The notes under the pieces were generated by a model. The model saw only the letters and a program-made list of their open reading frames with translations. It was not told where the DNA came from and did no database searches. Below, one piece after another: positions 22,992 to 31,672 of a stretch of DNA of 35,429 bases (its first letter is position 1; each line of letters opens with the position of its first letter). Both the position numbers and the translations under genes were made by a program. The DNA is from a virus (lineage: Duplodnaviria > Heunggongvirae > Uroviricota > Caudoviricetes): IMG/VR virus record IMGVR_UViG_2531839330_000011, one strand, 5' to 3'.

Positions 22992-25319
22992 ATGAGTACC
23001 ACAACACGAAAATTTAAAACCGTTATCACCGATACGGGTGAAAAAAAATTAGCGCAGGCAGCCACACCAGATGGTAAACCGGTCCGCCTGACTCACATGG
23101 CCGTGGGCGACGGTGGCGGCACGTTGCCCACCCCAGACAGTAAGCAGACCCGTCTGGTGCATGAGGTGTGGCGACACACTGTTAATCGCGTCATCCTGGA
23201 CGCAACACATCAGAACCGCATTATTGCGGAGCTGGTTATTCCTCCTGAAACGGGCGGATTCTGGATCCGGGAAATTGGTGTATTTGATGAGCACGGCGAT
23301 TTAATCGCGGTGGGCAATACTGCCGAAAGTTACAAACCAACCGTTGCCGAGGGGTCTGGACGTGCACAAACATTTCGCACCATTCTGACCGTATCCAGCA
23401 CTGCCACCGTGGCGCTTACCGTGGATAACACCATGGTGATGGCCACAGTGGATTACGTGAATGACAAACTGAAAGAGCATGAACAGTCACGACGTCACCC
23501 GGACGCCTCACTGACCGCAAGAGGCTTTGTTCAACTCAGTAGCGCCACCAATAGCACGTCTGAAACGCTTGCGGCAACACCAAAGGCTGTTAAGGCAGCA
23601 TATGACCTGGCTAACGCAAAATATACCGCTCAGGACGCCACGACGGCACGAAAAGGGATAGTCCAGCTCAGTAGTACCACCAACAGCACGTCTGAAACGC
23701 TCGCTGCAACACCAAAAGCGGTAAAAGCAGCATATGACCTTGCTAACGGGAAATATACCGCACAGGACGCTACCACAGCGCGAAAAGGCCTTGTCCAGCT
23801 CAGTAGCGCCACCAACAGCGACTCTGAAACGCTTGCGGCAACGCCAAAGGCGGTTAAGACAGCGTATGACCTTGCTAACGGGAAATACACTGCACAGGAT
23901 GCCACCACGGCGCGAAAAGGGCTTGTCCAGCTCAGTAGTGCCATCAACAGCGATTCTGAAACGCTGGCTGCAACGCCAAAAGCGGTGAAGTCTGCCTATG
24001 ATAATGCTGAAAAACGTCTTCAGAAAGATAAGAACGGTGCGGATATTCCGGGAAAGGATACTTTCACGAAAAATATTGGTGCCTGTCGTGCTTATAGCGG
24101 CGCTTTGAGCACCGAAGGTGGAGACTGGACTACAGCCCAGTTTATTGAGTGGCTTGATTCGGTAGGTGCTTTTAATCACCCATACTGGATGTGTAAAGGC
24201 TCCTGGTCATATGCCAATAATAAACTTATTACCGATACTGGCTGTGGCAATATTCATCTTGCTGGCGCTGTTATTGAGGTAATGGGCATAAAGTCTGCAA
24301 TGACTATTCGTATTACCACACCAACAACATCAAGCGGTGGGGGCGCTACAAGCGCGCAATTTACTTATATTAACCACGGGGACAACTATGCTCCTGGCTG
24401 GCGGCGTGACTGGAACCGTTACGGCGATTCTATGTCTGGAACTATTAATCAGGATAGTGGAAGCCAGAATGCCTATATGTCTACGGCCTTATGTTCAGGC
24501 ACCAGAGGCGGCAAAAAATATCTCAGAAAGTTTCGTGGTGGAGAAGGAGACACTATCTGGCATGAAACAGTACAAGGCGGGGTAATTCGCTGGGCGACAG
24601 GAAACTATGACGCTCAGGAAGAATTATCACTCAGCTCCGCTTATGGTCTCCGTTCAAGAGGTGAGATTACATCACTCAGTGCTAATGGTCTGCGCATTGC
24701 TTATGGCAATTATGGATTCTTTATCAGGAATGATGGCGGCAGCACATATTTAATGCTGACGGCCTCTGGCGATAAATTTGGGGCATGGAACGGCTTAAGA
24801 CCGCTGACTATCAATAACGCCAATGGCGGAGGGTCAATGGGGCATGGCCTGAGTGTTACAGGTGATATTGTCTCAAGTACCAAAGTACGTGCCGGTAGCG
24901 GGAAAAAGTTCACGGTCAGCAGCAGCAATACATCCACGAAGGAAGCCGCATTCAATTTGTGGGGAAACGCAAGTCGTCCGGTGGTGGCTGAATTAGGTGA
25001 TGATGCAGGCTGGCATTTTTACAGTCAGAGAAATACAGATAACAGCATCACTTTTGCTGTTAACGGGCAGGTATCACCATCTAACTATGGCAACTTTGAT
25101 TCACGCTATGTCCGGGATATTAGACTTGGTGGTGCGTCATCCTATAAACCAGCAAATAACGGTACAACATGGACGCATCAGGCTCCATCTGGTTGCGCAT
25201 ATACCGGGATTATCGTTCAGGATACAGGCTCAAACTCTGCCGATAATATTGGTGGTGTTTATTACAGACCAATTCAAAAAAATATTAATGGTACATGGTA
25301 TAACGTATCGAGTGTTTGA
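22992..25319 (+). CDS. H: Tail fibre protein (P2 gpH-like), 775 aa, with internal tandem repeats and a distinct C-terminal receptor-binding region
   Basis: Conserved P2-H-like N-terminus. Four tandem 44-aa repeats (LSSxxNSxSETLAATPKAVKxAYDLAN). C-terminal 430 aa are lower in GC and Gly/Ser/Asn-rich. Confidence 0.9.
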   Translation: MSTTTRKFKTVITDTGEKKLAQAATPDGKPVRLTHMAVGDGGGTLPTPDSKQTRLVHEVWRHTVNRVILDATHQNRIIAELVIPPETGGFWIREIGVFDEHGDLIAVGNTAESYKPTVAEGSGRAQTFRTILTVSSTATVALTVDNTMVMATVDYVNDKLKEHEQSRRHPDASLTARGFVQLSSATNSTSETLAATPKAVKAAYDLANAKYTAQDATTARKGIVQLSSTTNSTSETLAATPKAVKAAYDLANGKYTAQDATTARKGLVQLSSATNSDSETLAATPKAVKTAYDLANGKYTAQDATTARKGLVQLSSAINSDSETLAATPKAVKSAYDNAEKRLQKDKNGADIPGKDTFTKNIGACRAYSGALSTEGGDWTTAQFIEWLDSVGAFNHPYWMCKGSWSYANNKLITDTGCGNIHLAGAVIEVMGIKSAMTIRITTPTTSSGGGATSAQFTYINHGDNYAPGWRRDWNRYGDSMSGTINQDSGSQNAYMSTALCSGTRGGKKYLRKFRGGEGDTIWHETVQGGVIRWATGNYDAQEELSLSSAYGLRSRGEITSLSANGLRIAYGNYGFFIRNDGGSTYLMLTASGDKFGAWNGLRPLTINNANGGGSMGHGLSVTGDIVSSTKVRAGSGKKFTVSSSNTSTKEAAFNLWGNASRPVVAELGDDAGWHFYSQRNTDNSITFAVNGQVSPSNYGNFDSRYVRDIRLGGASSYKPANNGTTWTHQAPSGCAYTGIIVQDTGSNSADNIGGVYYRPIQKNINGTWYNVSSV
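23505..24035 (+). repeat. Four tandem direct repeats of 132 bp inside the tail fibre gene (phage tail-fibre repeat units)
   Basis: GTCCAGCTCAGTAG recurs at 23661, 23793 and 23925, with a diverged first unit at 23529. The encoded peptide repeats are near-identical. Confidence 0.85.
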
Positions 25320-25321
25320 TT

Positions 25322-25855
25322 ATGATGCATTTAAAAAATATAAAACCGGGCAATCCAAAAACAAAAGAACAGTACCTGTTAACTAAAAACTCCGGCGTTG
25401 TCTGGTTATTCGCTGAAGATGGTAAAAACTGGTATGAGGAACAAAAGAACTTTCAGCCAGACACCATAAAGATTGCATATGATGAAAATAATGTCATATG
25501 CGACGTGCAAACGGATGTAACTGCAATTTGCCCGGAAGGAAAAAGTGTTGCCGAGTTGCCTAATATTACAGCAAACCGACGCGCTGATATTTCAGGTAAC
25601 TGGATGTTTAAAGATGGCTCAGTCATTAAACGTGTGTATACCGAAGAAGAGCAACGCTTGCAGGCTGAAAACCAGAAACAAAGGTTATTACAGCAGGCCA
25701 GAGAAAAAACGCAGTTCTGGCAGACCCAGCTTGCATTAGGGATTATCAGTGATTCAGATAAGCAACAACTGATGCGCTGGATGCGGTACGTGCAACAAGT
25801 TGAGACCACTGATACCACTGAATTACCCGTTACGTTCCCTGATCAACCAGAATAA
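25322..25855 (+). CDS. G: Tail fibre assembly chaperone (P2 gpG-like)
   Basis: Near collinear identity to P2 gpG as recalled (MMHLKNI..GNPKTKEQY..LTK...DGKNWYEEQKNFQPDT...ITANRRADISG.WMFKDG.VIKR.YTEEEQR.QAEN.KQ...LPVTFP.QPE). Confidence 0.88.
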   Translation: MMHLKNIKPGNPKTKEQYLLTKNSGVVWLFAEDGKNWYEEQKNFQPDTIKIAYDENNVICDVQTDVTAICPEGKSVAELPNITANRRADISGNWMFKDGSVIKRVYTEEEQRLQAENQKQRLLQQAREKTQFWQTQLALGIISDSDKQQLMRWMRYVQQVETTDTTELPVTFPDQPE

Positions 25856-25857
25856 AC

Positions 25858-25885
25858 GAAAGGCCCGAATATCGGGCCTTATCGT
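25858..25885. terminator. Bidirectional intrinsic terminator between convergent G and U (GGCCCGA-ATA-TCGGGCC, T-rich flank)
   Basis: Perfect 7-bp GC-rich stem read directly. Sits between the two convergent stop codons. Confidence 0.7.
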
Positions 25886-25923
25886 TATTTCTGTTTATCT
25901 AACTATTTGTGATTTGCGTTAAA

Positions 25924-26418
25924 TCAGAACAGTCCCTTAACAGAACTGACCGCACTGTTAAGGGATGACGCCACCTTATCTTTGAAGCCGGACAGCATAT
26001 CGCTGAACGATGAGGATTGCAGGCGCTCCCGCAAATCCTCATCACAGCGTTCAAGGGTCAGTGAAAATTCTATCTTTTTCGCCTTACCGTAGCGATCAAA
26101 CTCGGAACGGGTCGTATTCGTTTCAGTCAGTACATACATTCCGTAAATCTGCCCGACGCCATCAATCAAAGGCCAGGGTCGTCCTGTATACGCCTGCGTG
26201 GTCAGCAGCGACAGCGACACTTCGCCACCTGTAATTTCAGGATAAAGCACACCAGAAAGAACGATGCGATCATCCCCTGCACCGATATACTGCCAGCTTG
26301 CTGAACGGTTAACGCGTTCATTTTTCACATGCCGCCAGCTTTTGTTTTGCTGTAACTGCTGATGCGGCAGCGTGCGCAGCTCAAAAACAAACATGCCGTA
26401 GATCATCATCATGGCCAT
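25924..26418 (-). CDS. U: Tail protein U (P2 gpU-like), 164 aa
   Basis: Similarity to P2 gpU as recalled (FVF.LRT.P.Q.LQ...W.....RVNR.....GVLYPEITGG). Downstream of T. Confidence 0.82.
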   Translation of the reverse strand: MAMMMIYGMFVFELRTLPHQQLQQNKSWRHVKNERVNRSASWQYIGAGDDRIVLSGVLYPEITGGEVSLSLLTTQAYTGRPWPLIDGVGQIYGMYVLTETNTTRSEFDRYGKAKKIEFSLTLERCDEDLRERLQSSSFSDMLSGFKDKVASSLNSAVSSVKGLF

Positions 26419-26424
26419 GACTCC

Positions 26425-29247
26425 TCAATCTTTATCGTAAAAACTGCCACGCCCGGCACGGGCGCGCCGTTCCATTTCTGCCCTGACCATTTCACCGACC
26501 AGTTTCGCCAGTTCGCGGGGATTCTGCGTAACAACGTTATGCAGATGAACATGAATTTCACCGCCAAATCCGGAGGCAACAGGCTCCCGGTTACGGGAAG
26601 TTGCAGGAACTGATGCCACTGGCGATCGTATGGCCTCTGCCACCGGGCGGGAGCTGGCCGCAACAACAGGGACCAGCGCCGGAGGCAGCGGAGCCGGAAC
26701 CACAGGTGTGATATTAATTGCGGGGGCAGGCTTACTGCCCTGCGCAATCTTCCGCTCCTGCCACTCCCCACGAACAGCAAGTGCGCGGGGCAGGTTCTTA
26801 AAGACAATATCGCCGGGGCCAATGCGTTTTTTCGTCTCATCAACCAGCTTACCTGTGTTATCAGCAATTTTGCTGAGTCTGCGTAGCGTCCCGGTATTGC
26901 TGTCTGTGAGCGGTTTATTGTCTTTGGGTTTATCGCCTTTTTTGTCGTCGACCTTATCTGACGGGGCCGGGCCGGGAGTCCATGGTTTCTGAACCATTTT
27001 CTTGAGAACCGGATCCCATTCCCACATTACAGGAGCCTTTGAAGCGTTCTCTATTTTCTTTCTCGCCCGTTCCGCTTCATCCGGAAGCACTCCGAGCTTT
27101 TCAAGTATCCACGCCAGTGAATCCATCAATGCTTTTGTTGGCGTCAGGACAAGCTCTATCGCTCCACCGAGTACCCTGCCGAATACCTCGCCAGCACTGG
27201 TACATTTATCCAGCGTTTCCTTGCTGGACTCCATCGGTGACAGCAGCGATTTAAACCAGTTAAAGACCTGAATGATCCCATCGCGCACGACATCAAAAAC
27301 AGGACCGAACCGTTCAAAGGTTTCGCGCAACGGAGCCAGCCGTTCCATAATCCCACTGAACACCCCTGCATAAAACGCCTTGATGGGTTCCCAGTATTTC
27401 CAGATGAGAACCGCCGCAGCCACAAACGCAGCAGCAATCAATCCGACCGGGCTGAACAGCGCCCCGATAGCGCCCCCCAGTAACGAAACGGAACCTGTCA
27501 CCATTCCCCATAGCGCTGGCAGGAGCCTGACAGCATTCATTGATCCGGTCAGGAGGGAAAAACCAAGACGCAGTTTTGCCAGTGGGCCAGCAAGCACACC
27601 AATAGCCAGCGACAACGAGCCTATGGTTGCAGTCATTGCCAGCAGAGCACCGCCTGCAACCAGTAGCTGGCGCGTCAGTGCCGGATGGGCCTGCGCCAGC
27701 GCCGTCACCTTCGATACCACCCGCGTGAGCCACTGCGTGACAGAACGCAGCGGACCGTCAATCAGATCTGCAATGCGGATGCGCAACCCTTCCCATGCAC
27801 TGCCGAGTGATTTCAGATCGCCGTCAAGGTTGTTGGCCATAACCTTTGCTGTGCGTTCAGCCTCACCGCGCGCGCCTTCAAGTTCTTTTCTCAGTTTGGG
27901 TAAGGAACCGTCCCCCGCTGCATCAACGAGGGCCATAAATGATGTGAAAGCCTCTTCTCCGGCAATGTCCTTAAAGAACGATACCCGGTCAACTTCCCCG
28001 TATTTGCGGGTAGCTTTATAAAGGTCAGCCAGCACATCCTCCATCGGGCGCATTTTGCCCCCGGCATCCGAGACGGACACGCCCAGCTCTTTCAGAGCTT
28101 CTGCCGCCGCCTTTGGCGGTGATGCCAGACGAGCCAGGCTGGCACGCATTGCCGTACCGGCATCACTCCCCCTGATGCCCATATTCGCCAGCACGCCCGC
28201 CATAGCTGCGGCCTGCTCCAGCGATATTCCCAGCTTACCCGCCACCGGACCTGCATATTTCATGGTTTCGCCCAGTGCGCGAAGGTCAGTGTTGGTACGG
28301 GTAAACGCTGCGGTGAGCGTGTCACCGACCCGGTCCATCTGGTCAGCAGAAAGGCCGAACTGCGTCAGGATATTTGAGCCAATATCCGCCGTCTCGCCGA
28401 GATCCATACCGCCAGCCGTTGCCATGCTCAGCACGCCGGGAAGCGCAGCCTGAATGGCCTGCGGAGTGAAGCCAGCCATTGCAAGAAATGCCTGCCCACT
28501 GGCGGCATCGCCTGCGGTGAACTGCGTTTCAGAGCCAAGTTTTAACGCCTGCTCACGCAGCGCCTTAAACTGCGGGCTGTTTTTGTCGATTCGCGTCAGT
28601 GCCTGAACGCGGGACATCTCTTTCCCGAACCCGATCGCGGGCTGCAAAAAACGCCCGGCAGCATAGCCGCCCGCCGCTGCCGCACCAATTGCCAGCGCAC
28701 CACCTGTTTTCAGTTTTCCCGCGGTTTCCTGCGCGCGCGAATACCGCTCACGCGCACGTGTTACACGCGCAAGCGCCTGCCGTTCGCGTTCAAGCTGGTT
28801 GTTGTACTGTTCGGCGCGTCTGATGGCCTGCTGGATGGTGTTATCGCTGCCTGTCAGGGAAATGCCGTGGCGTTTCAGCTCTCCGCCAAGCTCCCGCATT
28901 TTCTGAATTTCCCGTGTGCGCGATTCATTCAGGCGTTCAAGCCGGGTGCTTAACTGCTGCATCAGCTTTTGTTGCTTTTCGCTGAGCACTGTACCCGTGC
29001 GTTGTAACTGATTAAGGGCGTTAAGCTGGCGTCGTGCTTTCACGATACCCGCATCCGCTTTACTGACAGCGTCGCGGGCGCGCTCAAATGAACGCGCCTG
29101 ACGCTCGAGATTTTTGATCGCCCCCTGCGTTCGCTGGATGGAGTCACCAAACTGCCCCATCAGGCGGCGGGCGTTTTCGGCAGGCCGGGTCAGCCTGTCA
29201 ACGGCGCTGAAAGCGACCCGGATATCAAGAGTCTTCATTATCTGCAT
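26425..29247 (-). CDS. T: Tail tape measure protein (P2 gpT-like), 940 aa
   Basis: Long coiled-coil N-terminal half, central hydrophobic Gly/Ala-rich segment, large size. Sits between E/E' and U. Confidence 0.9.
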   Translation of the reverse strand: MQIMKTLDIRVAFSAVDRLTRPAENARRLMGQFGDSIQRTQGAIKNLERQARSFERARDAVSKADAGIVKARRQLNALNQLQRTGTVLSEKQQKLMQQLSTRLERLNESRTREIQKMRELGGELKRHGISLTGSDNTIQQAIRRAEQYNNQLERERQALARVTRARERYSRAQETAGKLKTGGALAIGAAAAGGYAAGRFLQPAIGFGKEMSRVQALTRIDKNSPQFKALREQALKLGSETQFTAGDAASGQAFLAMAGFTPQAIQAALPGVLSMATAGGMDLGETADIGSNILTQFGLSADQMDRVGDTLTAAFTRTNTDLRALGETMKYAGPVAGKLGISLEQAAAMAGVLANMGIRGSDAGTAMRASLARLASPPKAAAEALKELGVSVSDAGGKMRPMEDVLADLYKATRKYGEVDRVSFFKDIAGEEAFTSFMALVDAAGDGSLPKLRKELEGARGEAERTAKVMANNLDGDLKSLGSAWEGLRIRIADLIDGPLRSVTQWLTRVVSKVTALAQAHPALTRQLLVAGGALLAMTATIGSLSLAIGVLAGPLAKLRLGFSLLTGSMNAVRLLPALWGMVTGSVSLLGGAIGALFSPVGLIAAAFVAAAVLIWKYWEPIKAFYAGVFSGIMERLAPLRETFERFGPVFDVVRDGIIQVFNWFKSLLSPMESSKETLDKCTSAGEVFGRVLGGAIELVLTPTKALMDSLAWILEKLGVLPDEAERARKKIENASKAPVMWEWDPVLKKMVQKPWTPGPAPSDKVDDKKGDKPKDNKPLTDSNTGTLRRLSKIADNTGKLVDETKKRIGPGDIVFKNLPRALAVRGEWQERKIAQGSKPAPAINITPVVPAPLPPALVPVVAASSRPVAEAIRSPVASVPATSRNREPVASGFGGEIHVHLHNVVTQNPRELAKLVGEMVRAEMERRARAGRGSFYDKD

Positions 29248-29763
29248 TCCCGCTGCGAAGTGCCGCCCGCTCGCGCCAGCTAACCACTTCGCCGGGCGTC
29301 ATCATGAAGATTTCGGCGGGCGACCAGTTAAAAATGGCGGCAATATCCGCCACCAGATCTTCGATGTGCTCAAAGCACACCAGGGTGATTACGCTGCCGT
29401 CTCCTGTACGCTCTTCGCGCCAGAGTCTGGCTCGCTCATAAAATTTACAGCCACAGCGCACAACTGAATAAAATCGCGTGACGACATTTTTTTAATCATC
29501 ACTTCATCCAGTCGTGGCGAGGTCACGCGAGGCAACAGCGTAAACATGGTATCCGCTTTCAGATTCAGCACATCAGACAGCGACAGACCACGCAGGGATC
29601 CAGCCTGCTCAATAGCCCCGGTGATCTCCACATACGTGATTTTTTCGCCACCACGCTCAATTGGTCGGGTCAGTTTTACGCCCCGTTCGACAGCCATATC
29701 CTCACCTGCCGTCACATCATCCGCCACGGTGTTATTCCGGGTTTCAGTATCGATGTCTTTCAT
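29225..29763 (-). CDS. E': Tail assembly chaperone E+E' produced by programmed -1 frameshift
   Basis: The -1 frame ORF 29225..29461 continues in protein-like sequence from the slippery heptamer A_AAT_TTT (minus strand, plus coordinates 29440..29446). Predicted junction is ...AVAVNF then YERARLW.... The end overlaps the T start as in P2. Confidence 0.65.
29389..29763 (-). CDS. E: Tail assembly chaperone E (P2 gpE-like), 124 aa
   Basis: Position between the tail tube and tape measure genes. Contains the slippery site for E'. Confidence 0.8.
   Translation of the reverse strand: MKDIDTETRNNTVADDVTAGEDMAVERGVKLTRPIERGGEKITYVEITGAIEQAGSLRGLSLSDVLNLKADTMFTLLPRVTSPRLDEVMIKKMSSRDFIQLCAVAVNFMSEPDSGAKSVQETAA
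29440..29446 (-). other. Candidate -1 ribosomal frameshift heptamer AAATTTT (X_XXY_YYZ) for E/E'
   Basis: Read directly. Phase is correct relative to the E reading frame (GTA AAT TTT). Confidence 0.55.
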
Positions 29764-29818
29764 CAGTTGTCTCCTTTTCAGTCAGAGGCGACGCACTGCG
29801 CCGCCTGCATATTACTTA

Positions 29819-30331
29819 TCAGCCAAGCCCAAGCGCGGAACGGATACGGTCAGGCACGATGTCCTTGCCGTCCTTCCGGTAAATGAAGTTCAGCAGGTCA
29901 ATCTCCCACAACGGGCGATCGTTAACACTCAGCTTGTAGTAGGTGTTTTTAATGGCGTAAGTGTGTGATGTGGCTTCGCCCTGTTTGGCTTCCCCCATAT
30001 CAATTTCCGTCACACGTCCGCGCATTTCGACTTCATACAGGTCGCTTTCTGCATCGGTGTAGTATTCACCCGCAAAACGCAGCAGCGTGCCGTCAATCGT
30101 GCCGCCATACTTAAGGAACAGCTCACGAACTGCGCCCCCCATGACAAAGCTCGCATCAAGCGCGGAGTCGTCCAGACCGAGATCAATACTTACCGCACCC
30201 ATCATGCCACCACCCCGGTAGCTGTCGGTTTTGCGCGTCAGCTTAGGCAGAGTGACGGACGTCACCTTACCCACTTCGTTTTCACCATCCACAAACAGCG
30301 TAAAAAAGCGAAGATGTTTTGGTACAGCCAT
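29819..30331 (-). CDS. FII: Tail tube protein (P2 gpFII-like), 170 aa
   Basis: Size and position. Start overlaps the FI stop. Confidence 0.88.
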   Translation of the reverse strand: MAVPKHLRFFTLFVDGENEVGKVTSVTLPKLTRKTDSYRGGGMMGAVSIDLGLDDSALDASFVMGGAVRELFLKYGGTIDGTLLRFAGEYYTDAESDLYEVEMRGRVTEIDMGEAKQGEATSHTYAIKNTYYKLSVNDRPLWEIDLLNFIYRKDGKDIVPDRIRSALGLG

Positions 30332-31515
30332 CAGGCACCTCCCAGCACCGCAAATGCGGGACCAAAGAATTCATCAGTAAACGACTGGTAAAGCTCCATG
30401 TCTTCCAGCGGGGGAACAGGCGTATATTTGTAGCGAATACGCACACGCCCCTGACGTAAATCCGTGGTGCTGTTATCCACCACGTCATACCAGCACTCCG
30501 CGCCAATCAGTTTCCCGGCAGTAACCAGTGAGTCCAGTTTTGCCCTGATGGCACTGATAACATCCTTCACGTTCGCAGGCGTCAGTGGACTGTCGATGGT
30601 TTCAAACTGCGCTTCCGCAATTGAATCAGCCAGCACCTGTGCGGTTCGGGTATACACCTCAAAGATGTAGGCGTTCGTTTCCGGTGTGCGGTTGCCCCAG
30701 AAGCGGAACCCGTTGCGACGAATAATGGTCGTGATTTCTTTGTTGTTGAGGCTGTTGGCATCGCTGTCTTCGGCCTGCAACGACCAGAACACATGCCTCG
30801 ACATCCCCAGCACATTTTTAACCGGAACGTTGGACAGTGATTTGTGCCAGCCCTGCTCATGGTCAATGTACGCACGAAGGCCGCACGCATAGGCAGGCGC
30901 GGGGAACGTTTCGTTTTTGCCACTTTTCGGGTTGTAGGCAATGAAGTCAGGCCATAAGAGCATCACCTCACGTTCGTTGAATTTCTGGCGGTAGGTAATC
31001 GCCTCAGCCATCGTGTTACAGCCGTGACATGAGGCATACACAAACGCGCGCAATTTACCCGCAATCACGCACAGGGATTTTGTCACCGCCTCCGTATCCA
31101 GCTCCGGCGCGGCCAGAATACGCGGACGGTATCCGATGCTTTCATCCTGCTCTGCAACAAGCAGCGCATACATCCCCGTATAGCTGCCGTCATCCTCAGA
31201 ACCACCGATAACCAGTTGATCCTGCGTCTTTCCGTCTTCTTCTTTGTGTTCAGCCACGCGAACGACGATCACCTTTGTGCTCACCTGGTCTGCGATGGCC
31301 TTAAGCGCACGATAAAGCGTCCCCGTTGTTCCGCATTTTCCCAGCACGTCATTGACGCGGGTCAGCAGTGTGGGCTTGTTCAGCGGGAACAGCTTCGCGT
31401 CCGCATCATCCGCCGTTGCCACGATACCGATAACGCTGGAATCAACATCGTTAATCGCTGTTACCAGGTCGGTATTTTCCGTAACACGGGCACCATGAAA
31501 ACGAGTTTCACTCAT
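30331..31515 (-). CDS. FI: Contractile tail sheath protein (P2 gpFI-like), 394 aa
   Basis: Collinear similarity to P2 gpFI as recalled (FPLNKP, KLRAF.Y, YRQ.F..RE.M..WPDF, IDHEQGWHK.LSNV, RRNGFRFWGNRT, YTRTAQV.AD, YTPVPPLE). Confidence 0.93.
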   Translation of the reverse strand: MSETRFHGARVTENTDLVTAINDVDSSVIGIVATADDADAKLFPLNKPTLLTRVNDVLGKCGTTGTLYRALKAIADQVSTKVIVVRVAEHKEEDGKTQDQLVIGGSEDDGSYTGMYALLVAEQDESIGYRPRILAAPELDTEAVTKSLCVIAGKLRAFVYASCHGCNTMAEAITYRQKFNEREVMLLWPDFIAYNPKSGKNETFPAPAYACGLRAYIDHEQGWHKSLSNVPVKNVLGMSRHVFWSLQAEDSDANSLNNKEITTIIRRNGFRFWGNRTPETNAYIFEVYTRTAQVLADSIAEAQFETIDSPLTPANVKDVISAIRAKLDSLVTAGKLIGAECWYDVVDNSTTDLRQGRVRIRYKYTPVPPLEDMELYQSFTDEFFGPAFAVLGGA

Positions 31516-31672
31516 AGCTTCAGCCCCTTGTATCCGTTAAATGATTCAGCAACAATCATCACCCACCACGCGCGTAATCTCACCCCTGCGCTATTCTCCC
31601 GCCATGGCGACAACAAAAAGCAGTAACCCACTCCGCACGCACATGCGACCATGCCGCACAGGGAGGGAACAG

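Noticed and set aside
23505-24179. Possible CRISPR array or minus-strand genes in the 132-bp tandem repeats
   Set aside because: The repeats lie in frame inside tail fibre gene H and encode the conserved fibre repeat peptide. There are no unique spacers or cas genes. The minus-strand ORFs 23508..24179 and 23630..23947 are mirror artefacts.
22992-25855. Invertible tail-fibre segment (Gin/Cin-type host-range switch)
   Set aside because: No serine invertase gene and no inverted crossover sites flank the H C-terminus and G, and there is no alternative fibre C-terminus in opposite orientation.
31516-31672. Ogr-type late promoter dyad (TGT-N12-ACA) in the FI/D divergent interval
   Set aside because: No exact TGT-N12-ACA dyad found by eye in this interval, so no late promoter is annotated, though divergent promoters must exist here.
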